A model generated the notes under the pieces. That model did no database searches and was not told the DNA's origin. It saw only the letters and a list, made by a program, of their open reading frames with translations. Below, piece after piece: positions 61,328 through 64,000 of a DNA stretch of 64,000 bases. A program made the position numbers and the translations under genes. Origin of the DNA: Eledone cirrhosa (lineage: Eukaryota); the NCBI GenBank assembly GCA_964016885.1, contig OZ024742.1:38130001-38194000 (forward strand). The letters are read 5' to 3'. Each line of letters starts with the position of its first letter. Position 1 is the stretch's first letter.

Positions 61328-64000
61328 GTATTAATTGTCTAGAAAATATTTAATTTCTAATGACTAGAGAGTTATATATGGTTAATCCTATTTCGGATTG
61401 TATACAGATATTTTTTTATGGAAGCTTTTCTGGCCATGCCTATCTCATTTTATTTTCAGATGTAGTATGTCTCTAAATAAATTATTCAGTATGATCTTTC
61501 TTGTTCCTTAGTCTTAGTCAGCTGTGTGACCATGTCATACTTCCCTCACCTCCGAGACAATTCATGGAGTCGTACTGACACACGGCGCGTCATAGGCCCT
61601 TTAAGCCTAGTCGAGCCAATATCTCTCCATGTCTTAAGGTAGCAGAGAGAAAGTGACATAGAGGAAGAATTGACTCCAAAACTCAATTGGTACTTTTTTT
61701 TTTATCGAACTTGAGAAGATGAAATGCGAAGTACAGAGTTACATAGTAGTGGAGCATGGACAGTGAATGCAGAGGATATGTAAAGGCTGGACAGAAAAAA
61801 GTCAAGCATGCTCTGATGGATGTGGAATGTTAATGTGCATGGATTAATTGAGAGAAAAACTGTTATAAGAGAAATTAGATGTAGTGTACAAGAAAGAAGA
61901 CTACTAGTATGGACACATGGTGCATGCGGGTGGTAATCGCTGAGTTAAAAAGTGCCAGGGGATCAGAGAAAAGAAGATGCAGAAGAGGTCAGAGCTGATC
62001 TCAAAATATTGAGCCTCACAGAGAAGATAACAAAAAAAAAAAAAAACAAGTAGAGGGGCAGTGCTAGTAAAAACACGTCTAACTCAGGTAAGCATAGAAA
62101 ACTGATGTAATATGATGATGATAGCTATAAGGGAATCATCATCATCAACATTTAATGTCCATTTTCCCTGCTAGCAAGAGTTGGGCATATCACAGACCAG
62201 TCAGTATTCAAACATATCCTCAGACCTCCAGGTGGGCCATGAACTTGTGCTCTACCAAGTGCATTTTATTGTGGCACTAACTAAGGAAGCTGTCATGTCT
62301 TTGGCATAGTTTAAGAATCTTCTTGCTCTTTTGTTTGGCAGGTTTATTATATCTGGATGCCCCTCCTATCACCAATCCCCAACACTGGTAAGGTTGCCAC
62401 ACCTGTCATGCAACTGAAGAATTCATCTGACTCTGTTTAGAAAGTTTTCTACAATTGGACGCCCTTGCTATCACCAACACTAACTGGATTGTTGTGCCTC
62501 TGATATAACTAAAATGTCCTCAAGACACTTTGGGCATATTACATCGAGCTGCTCTGCCTATTGCTCACCACCTTACAGGGTGTACTGAGTGCATTTATCA
62601 TGGCACTGGCACTTGACTGGTTGTCACGGATTAAACTGAAGAGTCTTTTCTACCCTATGAATGGAGGTAAGTAGGTGACAAGTGTGGAGAGATTTGATAA
62701 GATGAAAGGTAATAGGTGGGAGAGGTGACCTCTAGCAGTGTAGGAAGTACTGTGGTGATAACAGCTACTAAGAGCCTATGACATGTGTCTGAGTATGGGG
62801 TTATCTAGAATAGAGTGGATGTTGACTGTAGAGTGAATGTTAGACTTTAGGAGCAGTGGAGTTGGGTATGGGTGCAGTGATAGTGAGGAGGAATACATAG
62901 ATGGGTCAGGTCAGGTAAAGTTTTAGGCTGGTAGATAGGTCTTCATCAGCACAGCATGTTACCATTCCTCACAGTCCAATGTTATTTCTGTTGTTAGGTT
63001 CAGCTTCTTAATGTCAGCCCACTCTACCTCATCCACTGTTTTTCTGAGTCTTATTCCATGAGTTCCACCCACTGAGATTCCTTTATATTGCTGTCATCTT
63101 CCATATGCATCACAAGTGCATACCAACGCAGTATTTTCTCTTGCTCACTACATCAAATTCCTCTTATGCCTATGAAAACCTACTGATATAATTTCTTTTT
63201 TCAGCAGAGATCAGCAACATCCTTTTGTGATGGCCCTCATATATACATCTTATATACAAAAATTTGAAAAGGTCTGAGGCTCACACAGAAAACCTCAATG
63301 GCCCACAGTCATCATCATCACTGTTTTACATATACTTTCCATGCTTGCATGGGTTAGATTAGTGAGCCTAGACAGGTCAGAATACTGTCTTGCTCATATG
63401 TTTCATTTTGGCATCATTTCTATGGCAGAATGCCCTTCCTAATGCCAACCACTTCATGGCATGTAGAAAGTTCATTTCTCCATGGCACCACTACTACCAC
63501 CCGATAGTTGCTTAGATGCATTTTCCATGGTATCAGCACCACCACCACTTTACTATATATCTTACAAATAAAGATTTTAAAAGGTTTGAGGCCTTACAAA
63601 GAAAATTTATTTCCAATATATTACTGATTCTTAAAAATTATCATCATTATTTAATTTCTGTTCCCCCTAATACCAAGTGTTAGATGGGTCATCACAGACC
63701 AAATCAGTACTTCATTAACTGTAACTTTTCAGTCCTTAATGCTGACATTTCACTTTCATATAACATATTTCTAATATGAAGTGGCTACTTCTTTTATCAC
63801 AAACAGAATTTTTATCTGGTATATTTTAAATGTATCCTTACATAAACAAACATAGTTAATACAGGTCAGAGAACAATCACTAACTGTCCTTTATTGTTTC
63901 AATAAATTTATTTCATTTGTTAAAGAGCTGTAGTAAAAGTTCCAAAGCTGGAAAAATGGTGTAGAGTGAGTCAACATAAATATCAAAATACATAAAATCA

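Overview
AT-rich, repeat-dense animal DNA, most likely a coleoid cephalopod (Octopus-like). That assignment is an inference from tandem effector-less C2H2 zinc-finger genes, RTE LINEs with (GAT)n tails and the SINE types present. The host genes are four minus-strand, single-coding-exon C2H2 ZNF paralogues (about 28, 45, 51 and 58 kb) with shared splice acceptors and inferred non-coding first exons; a fifth probably begins just beyond the window end. They sit among two full-boundary Gypsy LTR elements, a nearly intact CR1 ORF2, RTE, Hero-like, CRE-like and Penelope-like remnants, a non-autonomous Helitron, several MITEs and many SINEs. The most unusual signals are: (1) two convergent Hero-like LINE 3' UTRs, each with a hammerhead-like core in non-circularly permuted order; (2) a CR1 ORF1/ORF2 junction with a G_GGA_AAC slippery site and no AUG; (3) a 32-nt tRNA-Trp copy at a Gypsy PBS beside an apparent gag deletion; (4) a TSD-bounded chimera of a LINE 3' end and the host ZNF's own coding sequence; (5) an inverted orphan copy of a ZNF promoter/first exon. 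All calls are by eye, with no database searches.
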